NCBI GenBank assembly: GCA_020632715.1
Contig: JACKFA010000007.1
Span: forward strand, 14,462 to 78,461
Length of the DNA stretch: 64,000 bases
Reading direction: 5' to 3'
From: Deltaproteobacteria bacterium
Lineage (GTDB): Bacteria; Myxococcota_A; UBA9042; PHBI01
Position numbers and translations under genes: made by a program. This document shows positions 1 to 9,343 of the stretch, piece after piece; positions within the stretch are counted from its first letter, which is position 1, and every line of letters starts with the position of its first letter. The notes under the pieces are model-generated. The model worked only from the letters and a program-made list of their open reading frames with translations, made no database searches and had not been told where the DNA came from.

Positions 1-87
1 CCGCGCGACGACCTCGTCCGGCACTACGATGCCCATCGTGTCCTTCTCGCCACCGCGCACCACGCGCGCCCTGAACGCCTCGCTCAT
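1..87 (-). CDS. Partial CDS (N-terminal 29 aa: MSEAFRARVVRGGEKDTMGIVVPDEVVAR), DUF1905/YdeI-like; continues beyond the window start
   Basis: ATG at 87..85 overlaps the MarR TGA (ATGA). Translation resembles the N-terminus of DUF1905-type proteins. Only 29 codons are visible. Confidence 0.3.
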   Translation of the reverse strand, partial: MSEAFRARVVRGGEKDTMGIVVPDEVVAR

Positions 88-560
88 CCGCCGCCTCCCT
101 CGCCGTACGCCGGGTGGCTCCCCGGCAAGAGCCCCCGGCCCCGCGCCACCTCGCGCAGGAGCCGCTCCAACACCCCGCGATCGCTCGCCGACAGCCCGGC
201 GAGCAGCTCCTCGTCGAGCGCCGCGCTCACCGCCTCCACGGCCGCGAAGAGCCGCTCCCCGTCCGCCGTCGCGTGCAGGTGGTTGCTCCGCCGATCCGCC
301 GGGTTCGTGCGCCGCTCGATCGCCCCCATGGCCGCGAGCTCGTCGAGCCACCCGACGAGCCGGCTCGGCAGCACCCCGAGCCGCTCCCCGAGCGCCGCCT
401 GCGTCATCGGCGCCGCGCTCGTCGCCACGAGCCGCAGGATCCCGACCTGATGCACGCCGAGCCCGAGCGGCCTCACGCGCTCGGCGAACGCCGCCGCCGC
501 GTGATGCCCGAGCTGCGACAACAGATAGGCCGGTCCGACCTGGGGTCCCGATTCGTCCAC
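84..560 (-). CDS. MarR-family transcriptional regulator
   Basis: 158-aa ORF with a winged-HTH MarR-like core (..HQVGILRLVATSAAPMTQAALGERLGVLPSRLVGWLDELAAMGAIERRTNPADRR..). GTG start at 560. High GC3. Confidence 0.8.
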   Translation of the reverse strand: MDESGPQVGPAYLLSQLGHHAAAAFAERVRPLGLGVHQVGILRLVATSAAPMTQAALGERLGVLPSRLVGWLDELAAMGAIERRTNPADRRSNHLHATADGERLFAAVEAVSAALDEELLAGLSASDRGVLERLLREVARGRGLLPGSHPAYGEGGGG

Positions 561-600
561 GATCGTTCTCGCAAGAAACTATTCTCGACGTGAACGATCT
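561..600. promoter_or_regulatory. Inverted repeat GATCGTTC-N24-GAACGATC immediately upstream of the MarR start; candidate autoregulatory operator
   Basis: Read directly: gatcgttctcgcaagaaactattctcgacgtgaacgatc. AT-richer than the surroundings. Confidence 0.3.
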
Positions 601-701
601 AGCCGGGAAACGCCGGCGGCGCAACCCCGAGCAGCCCGGACGCGCGAAGGCGGCGACCGGGCCTCCCCGATCGCCGCCTCCGCCGACGCGCTCCTACCCC
701 G

Positions 702-3107
702 TCAGGTCCCGAACACCAGGTCGAGCGTGACCGTCGCCGGCGCCTTCCCGGCCGCGACCGCGGCGAGCGTCATCGTCCGCAGCCTCGCGATGAGCCCCGA
801 CATCGACGCGAGCGCGCTGACGCCGGTGGACTTCAACATCCGCGCGCTCAGCGCCCGCCCGTCCGCGCCGAAGCGGAGCTCGATCCGGATCGTCCCGGTC
901 GTCGCCTTCACGTTCGCCGCCCGGACCGTCGCGTCGAGCGACGCCTGGTTCGCGCGGATCCACGTCTTGGCCTCGGCGACCGCGCCCGCCGTGGTGCTCG
1001 TCACCTGGACCACCCGCACCGTCCGCAGCGTCCCCGCCGCCTTCCCGTCCGGCTTCTTCTCGACCGGCGCCTCGACCTCGGCCTCGTCCGCGTCCACGCT
1101 CGGCGCCGGCTCCCGCACCGCCATCTTCATCGGCCGTGGCGGGGCCGCCGACGGCGCCGCGCTGTAGCTGCGCGACCGCCCGAGCACCCCGCCGCCCGCC
1201 GAGCCGTACGCCATGCCGCCGACGGCGCTGTCCTCGACCCCCTCCGGCAGCGGCAGCGGCTGCTTCACGGTCGTCGACTTCCCGTCCTTGTTCCGGACCT
1301 CCTGATCGACCGCCACGAACGACGTGTACTCGGTCATCAGGTGGTAATCGAGCCCGAGCTGCGTGACCTCCTTCACGCGCGCGTCGTCCGCGCGCAGCCG
1401 GTTCAGGTCCGACAGCGCCGCGATCCGGTGCCGCGCCCACAGGTAGCGGAGCGCCTCGTTCCCCGCGCTCGGCTTCGAGTCCGCCACGTTCAGCGTCTTC
1501 TCGAACTTGCCCTCGCCCGAGAGCCCGCTCACCGTGATCGTCCCGCTCGCCTTCCCGCGGTACTTCCCGAACACGAGCACCGGCCGCGACGCGAACAGGT
1601 CGGGCACCGTCTTCGGCTCGACGTCGTACGCGTCGAACCCGCTGTACGTCACGCTGATGTTGGTCAGCGCCGGCGCGTCGATCATCGCCACGAGCTTCGC
1701 CGACTTCTCGGCCGCGTCGTCGTCGTGCATCACGATGAACGGCTCGCCCATCCCGACGCGCGCCATCCCCTCGATGAGGTAGCGGTTCACGCTCGACCCG
1801 ATGCCGAACGCGAAGAGGTTGGCGTTGCCGAGGTTGTCGCGGATGAGCTCGAACACCTCCGGCTCGACCGAGATGTAGCCGTCCGTCACCACCACGAACG
1901 TGCGCGAGAAGCTCTCCGGCGTCGGCAGCGACAGCGCCTTCTTCAGCGCCTCGAGGATCCGCGTCCCGCCGCCGCCCGTCGACGCCGCGAGCTGCGCCTC
2001 GGCCGCCTTGATGTTCGCCTCGGTCGCCGGGAGGCTCTCCGGCGAGAGCAGGCGCGGCGTGCTCTCGAACTCCATGATGTTGAAGCGGTCCGTCGGCTTC
2101 ATCCCCTTGAAGAGGCCGTACATCGCCTTCTTCGCGGTCTCGAGCGGGAAGCCGTGCATCGACCCCGACACGTCGAGGATGAAGATGTACTCGCGGCTCG
2201 GCATCTGCTTCGGCGCGACGCGCGCCGGCGGCTGCACCATCGTCATGAAGAACTTCTCGCCCTTGTCCTCGAAGAGCAGCACCCCCGACGCGATCTTGTC
2301 GCCCGCGAGCTGGTACTGCAGCACGAAGTCCTTCGTGCCCGCAGCACCCTTGTTCGGGAGCGTCACCGTCGCCGTGTCGCCGTTCGCGGAGAGCGTCGTC
2401 GAGATCGGGTGCGACGACGACGTCACACGCTTGATCGGCAGCCCCGCCGCGATCGTCGCCGTCACGTCCCAGCCGTACGACGGCTTCTCGCCGGCGTGCG
2501 TGTAGGGCGTCTCCGTGAAGCCCTCGGCCTTCCCGCTCTCGCCCGTGAAGCGCGGCCCCACGACCGCCGGGTAGACGAGCTCGTACACGCCCGCCTCGGG
2601 CACGAGGACCTCGGTGTAGTCGAGCTCCACCGTGATGCGGTCGCCCGGCAGGATGTTCGCGACGTTCATCGTGAAGACGTTCGGCCGGTCTTGCTCGAGC
2701 AGGCTCGCGCTCTTGCCCTCGGCCTTCGCGGCCTCGTAGAGCTTGCGCGCCTCCTCCTTCTTCTGGATCTCGGCCACGATGGTCCGCTCACCGATCGTCA
2801 TCCGCATCCCGAACACGGCCGACTTCGTCGACCCGGGGAACACGTAGATGGCCTCGAGCGTGTCCTTGCCGTCGTTCTTGTAGACCTGCGTCACCTTCAC
2901 GGAGGCGATGGTCCCCGCGATGTGGACGTCCGCCTTCGTCGACTCGAGCGGCATCGTGTCGGTGTCTCCGGAGCCTCCCTTCACGACGAAGTAGGGGGAG
3001 CCGGTGCGATCGAGGTCCTGCTTCTCCGGCGTCGCCCCCGCGGGTGCGGCGGCGGCGGCGGTGACGAGGAGCGTCGAGAAGAGCGCGAGAAGTGGGCGCA
3101 AGGTCAT
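702..3107 (-). CDS. Secreted VIT (vault/inter-alpha-trypsin) + von Willebrand factor A domain protein
   Basis: MIDAS motif in ..YIFILDVSGSM.. and a VIT-like N-terminal region. Signal peptide MTLRPLLALFSTLLVTAAAAA. ATG at 3107 is preceded by CCAGGAGGA. The upstream 20 codons of the tracked ORF are rejected. Confidence 0.8.
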   Translation of the reverse strand: MTLRPLLALFSTLLVTAAAAAPAGATPEKQDLDRTGSPYFVVKGGSGDTDTMPLESTKADVHIAGTIASVKVTQVYKNDGKDTLEAIYVFPGSTKSAVFGMRMTIGERTIVAEIQKKEEARKLYEAAKAEGKSASLLEQDRPNVFTMNVANILPGDRITVELDYTEVLVPEAGVYELVYPAVVGPRFTGESGKAEGFTETPYTHAGEKPSYGWDVTATIAAGLPIKRVTSSSHPISTTLSANGDTATVTLPNKGAAGTKDFVLQYQLAGDKIASGVLLFEDKGEKFFMTMVQPPARVAPKQMPSREYIFILDVSGSMHGFPLETAKKAMYGLFKGMKPTDRFNIMEFESTPRLLSPESLPATEANIKAAEAQLAASTGGGGTRILEALKKALSLPTPESFSRTFVVVTDGYISVEPEVFELIRDNLGNANLFAFGIGSSVNRYLIEGMARVGMGEPFIVMHDDDAAEKSAKLVAMIDAPALTNISVTYSGFDAYDVEPKTVPDLFASRPVLVFGKYRGKASGTITVSGLSGEGKFEKTLNVADSKPSAGNEALRYLWARHRIAALSDLNRLRADDARVKEVTQLGLDYHLMTEYTSFVAVDQEVRNKDGKSTTVKQPLPLPEGVEDSAVGGMAYGSAGGGVLGRSRSYSAAPSAAPPRPMKMAVREPAPSVDADEAEVEAPVEKKPDGKAAGTLRTVRVVQVTSTTAGAVAEAKTWIRANQASLDATVRAANVKATTGTIRIELRFGADGRALSARMLKSTGVSALASMSGLIARLRTMTLAAVAAGKAPATVTLDLVFGT

Positions 3108-3312
3108 TCCTCCTGGTGGTGACGCTGACAGAGGGCTTCGACGGCCGGTCCCCCGCTTGGGTCTCATTTTTCTCCCGCTCGCGACCCGCGCCGGAGCCCA
3201 GGCCGCTGGTGACGCCGCGCCCGTCCTGGTTTAGGGTCGTGCCCACGCGACGACGCCCTCGCGGCGCCGGCGCCCCGCCGACGACCGATCCGCCGCCGAC
3301 GACGAGGACCCC

Positions 3313-4263
3313 ATGAGTATCGACGAGACCGACCAGATCCTGGACCGCCTGGAGTTGATCGAGGACCGCTGCGAGCTCGCCGACGACGACGAGCGCGAGC
3401 TCGTGCTGGCGAGCCTCCGGTCCGACGACGAGGACGTGCGCGAGGCCGCCAAGGCCGCCGCCAACGCGGCCATCGACGACGCGCTCTGCGAGGCCCTCCT
3501 CGACCTGCTCGCCGACGGCGACGCCGATCCCGAGGCCCGGAGCGGCGCCGCCATCGCGCTCGGGCCGTCGCTCGAGCTCTGCGACGTCGACGGCTTCGAC
3601 GACGAGGACGCGACGCCGCCCATCAGCGAGGAGATGTTCACGCGGACGCGGGCCGCGCTGAAGGCGATCTATCGCGACGCCAAGGCGCCGACGATCGTGC
3701 GCCGGCGCGCCCTCGAGGCGGCCGTGCGCGCCCCCGAGGAGTGGCAGGAGGGCGCCGTGCGTGGCGCGTGGAAGTCGGGCGACCCCGAGTGGCGCGTGAC
3801 CGCCATCTTCTCGATGGGGATCCTCGGCGGCTTCGACGAGACCATCATCGAGGCCATGGACGACGCCGACGTCGACATCGCCTGCGAGGCCGTCTACGCG
3901 TCCATGGAGGCGAGTATCGAGTCGGCCGTGCCGAAGCTCATCGGCTTCGCGCGCAACGCCGACGCCGATCAGTCGCTGCGGCTCGCCGCCATCGAGACGC
4001 TCGGCGGGATCGGCGGGGATCTCGGCATCGCGGCGCTCGAGGAGCTCTCGGCCGACGACGACGACGAGATCGCCGCCGCCGCGGACGACGCGCTGGACAT
4101 GCAGGCCGCCATCACGGAGCTCGTCGGTGTCGGCCTCGACGACGACGACGACTACGAGTTCGAGGACGACGACGCCGACGACGAGGACGACGACGACGAC
4201 TACGAGTTCGAGGACGACGACGCCGATCCCGAGGACGACGAGGAGAAGGAGCCGCCGAACTGA
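3313..4263 (+). CDS. HEAT-repeat protein with a highly acidic C-terminal tail
   Basis: Repeated ..LRLAAIETLGGIGG.. and ..AAIALGP.. HEAT/PBS-lyase-like units. DDDDYEFEDDDAD is duplicated at the C-terminus. GAGGA lies 7 nt upstream of the ATG. Confidence 0.65.
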   Translation: MSIDETDQILDRLELIEDRCELADDDERELVLASLRSDDEDVREAAKAAANAAIDDALCEALLDLLADGDADPEARSGAAIALGPSLELCDVDGFDDEDATPPISEEMFTRTRAALKAIYRDAKAPTIVRRRALEAAVRAPEEWQEGAVRGAWKSGDPEWRVTAIFSMGILGGFDETIIEAMDDADVDIACEAVYASMEASIESAVPKLIGFARNADADQSLRLAAIETLGGIGGDLGIAALEELSADDDDEIAAAADDALDMQAAITELVGVGLDDDDDYEFEDDDADDEDDDDDYEFEDDDADPEDDEEKEPPN

Positions 4264-4293
4264 CGTCGGGCTCCGCCCTGGCTACGAGCCCGA
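4264..4293 (+). terminator. Perfect 9-bp stem hairpin (GTCGGGCTC-N12-GAGCCCGAC) directly after the HEAT gene stop
   Basis: Seen in the sequence. No T-tract, which is usual for a high-GC genome. Confidence 0.3.
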
Positions 4294-4539
4294 CGCTGCC
4301 GTGCTCGGCGCGCTGTGCTGGTCGACGTTGCCCGCGAGGGCGAGGAGGCCGCACTCGACGAGGTCGAGGAGGAGCCGCGCGTCGGTCGGCTCGAGCGGCT
4401 GGCTGGTCTGGACGCGCTGGCGGATGAGGGCGAGACGACGACGGATGGTCGGAGTTTCCATGAGGCGATTCTTCGGGCCGTCGGGAGCGACCCTTGAGCA
4501 GAATCGTCGGTCTGGTCAGCGCGCCGCGCTATGGGGCGA

Positions 4540-5994
4540 TCACGCAGGCCCCGGCGAGGTCGCTGGCGCGTCGGCCGTCACGGGCTTCCGCGCCGCGCGG
4601 ATGAAGTAGAGCATCGATCCGAGGAAGAACGCCGTGCAGAGGATCGAGGTCAGGTACGAGAACCCGCGGAAGAACGGGAGCCAGCCCACGTCGTGGCTCC
4701 CGAAGTCCTTGTAGAGCACGACGAAGACGTAGCCGAGGTAGCCCACGGCGTCGGTCACGTAGATCATGAAGCCGGCGGTCGCGACGATGCCGACGGCCGC
4801 GATGAGGCGGTCGAAGAGGACGCACCCGAAGGGCACGTAGGCGAGGTAGAGGCCGAGCCCGATGAGGATCATCCAGGTGACCGCGTCGATGGCGCCGGCG
4901 TCGAAGAGGGCCATCGACACGCCGACGAGCGCCGTCCCGGCGGCCATCAGGAGGTGCACGACCCAGAGGGCGCGGCGGTTGTTCCGCACGAGGAAGAGGA
5001 AGCCGAGGGCGATCATCACGCCGAACGCGATGGGGAGCTCGGTCCCGGTCATGAGCGCGGCCATCTCGTCGCCCTTCTTGCCGACGGCGTTCCAGATCTC
5101 CTTCGCGAAGTCGTCGCGCACCCCGCGGTACGCCGTGAGGAAGAAGTAGAGCGCCGTGAGCAGGAGGAGCCCGGGCCAGTACCGCTTCAAGAAGGCGCGC
5201 CGCTTCGCGCCGTCCATCGGCTCGCGCTTCGTGCGGAGCGCCTCGTCCTCGGCGGTCGGCGGCGGGAGCTGCGACAGGAGGAAGACCACGAGCAGGAGCG
5301 GCAGGACGAAGAAGGCGCCGGAGACGAAGGGCATCAGGTCCTCGGAGACGCCGAGGTCCTTGTGGACCCAGGTCCCGACGGACTTCATGATGCCGCTCGC
5401 GATGATGTACGAGGCGGAGAGGCCGGCGCCGAGGATCTCCGAGACCTTGCGCCCCTCGAGGTAGCCGAAGACGAGCCCCCAGATCATGCCGAGCGGGAGC
5501 CCGTTCACGAAGAGCCAGAGGGCGCTCCAGGGGTGCGGCGTCACGGCGAAGAGGCCGAGCGCGCCCTCGGCGACGCCGATGAGCAGCACGATGGCGAGCC
5601 CGCGGCGGGCGCCCGACATCTCGCTCACGATCTTGATGCCGGCGAACTTCGACAGCGTGTAGCCGAGCACCTGCGAGATGACGAAGAGCGACTTCAGCGC
5701 GAGCGGCGGGAGCGCCGCGATCGCGACCGACTCGCCCTCCCAGGAGCCGGCCGTGAACGGCTTCCGGAACCCGTACATGCACAGGTACGTCAGGAACGCC
5801 GCGGCGATCGCGTACGTCGAGAAGGCGGCCGAGTTCGTGCGGCTCAGCCAGCGGGTGATGGGCGACCGGGGGTGCTGCGCGACGACGGACACGGGCGCTC
5901 CAGGCACGGGAGGGAGTCCGGCGGACTGCACCACATCGCCGCCGGGCCCGCCACCGGGGCCGCGTGACAATTGCGTGACGGATCGGGCGCTCAC
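4540..5994 (-). CDS. Polytopic membrane protein (about 12 TM, DUF5690/MFS-like)
   Basis: Long hydrophobic segments and a ..CMYGFRKPFTAG.. motif. The N-terminus is low complexity, so the true start may be the GTG at 5892. Confidence 0.65.
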   Translation of the reverse strand: MSARSVTQLSRGPGGGPGGDVVQSAGLPPVPGAPVSVVAQHPRSPITRWLSRTNSAAFSTYAIAAAFLTYLCMYGFRKPFTAGSWEGESVAIAALPPLALKSLFVISQVLGYTLSKFAGIKIVSEMSGARRGLAIVLLIGVAEGALGLFAVTPHPWSALWLFVNGLPLGMIWGLVFGYLEGRKVSEILGAGLSASYIIASGIMKSVGTWVHKDLGVSEDLMPFVSGAFFVLPLLLVVFLLSQLPPPTAEDEALRTKREPMDGAKRRAFLKRYWPGLLLLTALYFFLTAYRGVRDDFAKEIWNAVGKKGDEMAALMTGTELPIAFGVMIALGFLFLVRNNRRALWVVHLLMAAGTALVGVSMALFDAGAIDAVTWMILIGLGLYLAYVPFGCVLFDRLIAAVGIVATAGFMIYVTDAVGYLGYVFVVLYKDFGSHDVGWLPFFRGFSYLTSILCTAFFLGSMLYFIRAARKPVTADAPATSPGPA

Positions 5995-6030
5995 CCAGCG
6001 CGCGCCGCGCTCATCGCGCGGGAGGCGGCG

Positions 6031-7059
6031 TCAGAAGCAGGCGTCCGCCTGCCGTACGCGGGCGATCTCGTCGAGGAGCTCGGGCGCGAGGACCAGGTCC
6101 TCGAGGACGTCGTCGTCGATCCCGAGGCTCGGCGTGTCGGCCGTGAGGTCGAGGAACATCCAGGCGCGCCCCCACACGGTGAGCACGAGCTCGCGCCAGC
6201 AGGCGTCGCCCGTGATGAAGGCGTAGACCTCGGGGGCCTCGAGGCGCGTGAGGTGGAGGTAGCGCTCCATGTACCAGAGGAACGTGAGGATCCCGTCGCG
6301 CGCGGTGATCGACGCGAAGCGCGGGATCTGGTCCTGGAAGGCGTAGTCCGTCGCGAGCGAGTTCACGTACTGGACGGCCTCCTCCATGAGCATGTTGAAG
6401 CCCTGCTCGCTGCCCGGGTCGACGAGGTAGGTCTGCTTGTAGAAGTCGTCGGGGAGGAGGGCGTCGTAGGCGTCGGCCGTGATGGCGCTCCGCGGGAGCG
6501 TGTTGCCGCCGCGCGCCGTGGTGTCGCCCTTCCGGCACGTGAGGATCGTGGCCTCGTCGATGACGTAGGTGTTCACGCCGAAGCCGCCGCGCGCGCCGTC
6601 GAGGAGGTGCCCGCACTCGTGCACGATGGTCGACAGGCGCTGCGCCATCGTCTCGGCCGAGCCCGTCGCGCCCTGCGCGAACGCGGTCACGCAGTTCGTG
6701 CGCGTGTACTCGGTGACGGCGTGCGTGACGAGGAAGGCGCCCGTCGGGTAGCGCGACGCGAGCGTGCTCGTCACGAAGCCGTCGTACGCCGCGGCCGAGT
6801 AGCCCGAGAGCGCCGACGTGATGTCCGCCGCGACGACCGGGAGCGCCTCGCTCCAGGTGCCGTCGGTGCAGCGCGGGTCGCGGATGGGCGTCTCGCCGGG
6901 CGCGACGAAGGTGTCCGCGCCGGTCGTCGTGTCACCGGAGACGGCGTCGCCGGAGACGGCGTCCGAGGTCGCGCCGCCGCCACCGCCGCCCGGGCTGTCG
7001 CACCCGCCCGCGGCCGCCGCCAGCGCGAGCGCCAGCATCGCCTCCCGTAGCCCTCGCAT
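6031..7059 (-). CDS. Lipoprotein with an HExxH zinc-metalloprotease motif
   Basis: Start MRGLREAMLALALAAAAGGC (lipobox) at 7059, then ..IVHECGHLLDG.. The upstream 79 codons of the tracked ORF are rejected. Confidence 0.6.
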   Translation of the reverse strand: MRGLREAMLALALAAAAGGCDSPGGGGGGATSDAVSGDAVSGDTTTGADTFVAPGETPIRDPRCTDGTWSEALPVVAADITSALSGYSAAAYDGFVTSTLASRYPTGAFLVTHAVTEYTRTNCVTAFAQGATGSAETMAQRLSTIVHECGHLLDGARGGFGVNTYVIDEATILTCRKGDTTARGGNTLPRSAITADAYDALLPDDFYKQTYLVDPGSEQGFNMLMEEAVQYVNSLATDYAFQDQIPRFASITARDGILTFLWYMERYLHLTRLEAPEVYAFITGDACWRELVLTVWGRAWMFLDLTADTPSLGIDDDVLEDLVLAPELLDEIARVRQADACF

Positions 7060-7346
7060 CGTGTCTCGCCTCCGTCCGTCGCGTCGTGTCGTGTCGTGTC
7101 GTGGCGCGCGTCTGCCCGCGCCGGCAGGGTAGACAACGTCGGCCCGGCGCGCCGTTCGAAAACCCGGCCCGCGGTCGATTGTAACTACCGGCATGGGCGC
7201 CGAAGCGCACGCGGAATGGACAAGAACGCCGTTTGTTCCTATGCGCTGCGCGATCGAGGCGCCCGCCGCTGGGGAGCGTGCCGGCGCCGAGACCACCCCG
7301 CACCTTCACCCGCGGGTCGCGCCTCTCCCGCTCCCATGGAGTGTCC

Positions 7347-8657
7347 ATGCCCGTCCCCGAGAACGAGCCCGGGTTCCGAGACCTCGACGACGTCGGCCCG
7401 AGCGAGCTCACCGAGACCGTCGTCCGCCGGGACGACGGCGACGACGGCCTCCTCGCCCGGAAGACGCCCCCCGGCTGGCTCTGGCTCACGGCCATCGCCG
7501 CCGCGGTCGGCGTCTACTTCGCCGCCGTGTCCGCGCACGACTTCATCCTCCACCTCGACGGGCAGGTGCACGCGATCACCTGCAGCGTCGCGCCCGGCTC
7601 CGACCCGGTCCTCGGCGCGTCGGGCTGCAAGGCGGCGATGCTCTCGCCCTACTCGTCGTTTTTCCGGCAGAGCTACTGGGGCGGGATCCCGGTCGCCGTG
7701 CTCGCGCTCGGGGTCTTCGCGTTCCTGACGGCGTTCGCCGCGTACCTCGCGCTCCGGCGCGGCACGAGCCGGAAGGACACGGGCTTCCTGTGGCTCGCGA
7801 CGCTGCTGCCGGTCGGCACGAGCGCCGTCTACTACTACCTCGCGACGAGCGAGGTCGGCGCCATCTGCCAGGTCTGCGCGGGGATCTACGTGGCCTCGGC
7901 GCTCACGTTCGTCCTCGCCGGGGTCGCCCACTGGCGCGCGGTGAGCGGCGGCCCGGGCGGGCTCCCGTGGGGGCGCTACGCGCTCTGGTTCGCGGAGGGC
8001 GTGGCGTTCGTCGGGCTCATGGTGCTCGTGTACGTGTCGGCCGCGCCGACGGAGCGCCACACGCTCTCGGGCTGCGGGCGGCTCGTCGAGACGAAGGCGG
8101 AGCCGGGGCTCCTCATCTCGCTCCCGCGCGCCCCGGAGGCGGACACGCCGGCGCTCGCGGTGCTGGATCCGCTGTGTCCGGCCTGCAAGGCGTTCGACCA
8201 GCGGGTCGCGCAGTCGGGGCTCGGCGGGCGGCTCGCGACGGACGTGCTGCTCTTCCCGCTCGACAAGCCGTGCAACTGGATGGTGAAGGAGTCGCTGCAC
8301 CCGGGCGCGTGCGCGGTGACGGAGGCCATCCACTGCGCTCCCGAGGACGCGCAGGCGATGCTCGACTACGCGTTCGCGCACCAGGAGGAGCTGCTCGCGC
8401 TCGGGCGCGAGGACGACGCGAAGCTGCGGGCGGAGCTCGAGCGGGTGTTCCCGAAGGTGCAGGGGTGCCTCGGGAGCGCGCGGGTGAAGGCCATCGTGAA
8501 CAAGAGCCTGCGCTGGGCGGTGCCGAACGCGCTCAACGTGCAGACGCCGCAGCTCTTCATCGAGGGGAAGCGGCTCTGCGACGAGGACACGGACCTCGGG
8601 CTCGACTACACGCTGAACCGGTTCCTGAACGGCCCGAAGGCGGAGGTGACGCCATGA
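7347..8657 (+). CDS. Vitamin K epoxide reductase (VKOR) membrane domain fused to a DsbA-like thioredoxin domain
   Basis: Four or five TM segments with Cys pairs (..ITCSVAPGSD..GASGCK.., ..CQVCAG..), then a periplasmic ..DPLCPACKAF.. CxxC thioredoxin fold. Confidence 0.75.
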   Translation: MPVPENEPGFRDLDDVGPSELTETVVRRDDGDDGLLARKTPPGWLWLTAIAAAVGVYFAAVSAHDFILHLDGQVHAITCSVAPGSDPVLGASGCKAAMLSPYSSFFRQSYWGGIPVAVLALGVFAFLTAFAAYLALRRGTSRKDTGFLWLATLLPVGTSAVYYYLATSEVGAICQVCAGIYVASALTFVLAGVAHWRAVSGGPGGLPWGRYALWFAEGVAFVGLMVLVYVSAAPTERHTLSGCGRLVETKAEPGLLISLPRAPEADTPALAVLDPLCPACKAFDQRVAQSGLGGRLATDVLLFPLDKPCNWMVKESLHPGACAVTEAIHCAPEDAQAMLDYAFAHQEELLALGREDDAKLRAELERVFPKVQGCLGSARVKAIVNKSLRWAVPNALNVQTPQLFIEGKRLCDEDTDLGLDYTLNRFLNGPKAEVTP

Positions 8658-9343
8658 GGATCGACGTGCGCCACATCGCGGCGCTGGTGGTCGGCGCGGC
8701 GGTGCCGGCGGTGATGTTGTCGTCGTGGCTCGGCGACGCGAGCGAGAGCCTGGCGGCGGCGGGGCCGTCGCCGCGGAAGGTGGCGGTGGCGAGCGTCGCG
8801 GAGGAGGGCTACTGCACGGCGAACCTGAAGCAGATCGTGCGGCGGGTGGCCGGGAGCTGTGGGCTCATCGACGCGAGCGGCGGCCGCGGCTGTCAGCCGG
8901 CGGACGCGGCGAAGGTGGCGTCGCTGTCGGGGGAGGACTTCAACGCGCTCTTCCTGCCGCTCGCGGACCGGGTGCGCATCATCCAGTTCGACCAGGCGAA
9001 GGCGGACCTCGACGAGGGGGCGGTGCGCGCGGTGGAGGAGGCGTGGGCGGACCGGGGAGGCGCGAGCTTCTTCTTCGTGGTGGCGCGGGCGAGCCCGGAG
9101 GGTTCTGTGGACAAGAACCGGGAGCTGTCGGAGAAACGCGCGAAGGCGGTGCTCGACCACCTCGAGGCGCGCTTCGGGGACCCGGACATCAAGCGCCAGG
9201 TGGGTCTCCTGTGGCTCGGTGAGGAGTTCGCCCAGCTCGACGAGACGTTCTGTCAGTGGAAGCGGAGCCGAGGAGATCAGGAGTGCGACGCGAAGCAGAT
9301 CAACCGCAGCGCCTTCATCGCGTGGATCGATTGCTCGATCTAG
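8654..9343 (+). CDS. OmpA/MotB C-terminal-like domain protein
   Basis: ATG overlaps the VKOR stop (ATGA). Contains ..FFFVVARASPEGSVDKNRELSEKRAKAVLDHL.., an OmpA-like peptidoglycan-binding signature. Confidence 0.55.
   Translation: MRIDVRHIAALVVGAAVPAVMLSSWLGDASESLAAAGPSPRKVAVASVAEEGYCTANLKQIVRRVAGSCGLIDASGGRGCQPADAAKVASLSGEDFNALFLPLADRVRIIQFDQAKADLDEGAVRAVEEAWADRGGASFFFVVARASPEGSVDKNRELSEKRAKAVLDHLEARFGDPDIKRQVGLLWLGEEFAQLDETFCQWKRSRGDQECDAKQINRSAFIAWIDCSI

Noticed and set aside
1341-3122. Plus-strand ORFs antisense to the VIT-VWA gene (1341..3122, 727..1167, 1900..2505) and a minus-strand ORF (694..1440)
   Set aside because: These are shadow frames. The minus-strand 702..3107 frame carries the VWA MIDAS motif and a signal peptide.
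4529-5967. ORFs 4529..5782 - and 4531..5967 + overlapping the membrane protein gene
   Set aside because: Low-complexity R/E/D/G-rich translations. The 4540..5994 minus frame encodes coherent TM helices.
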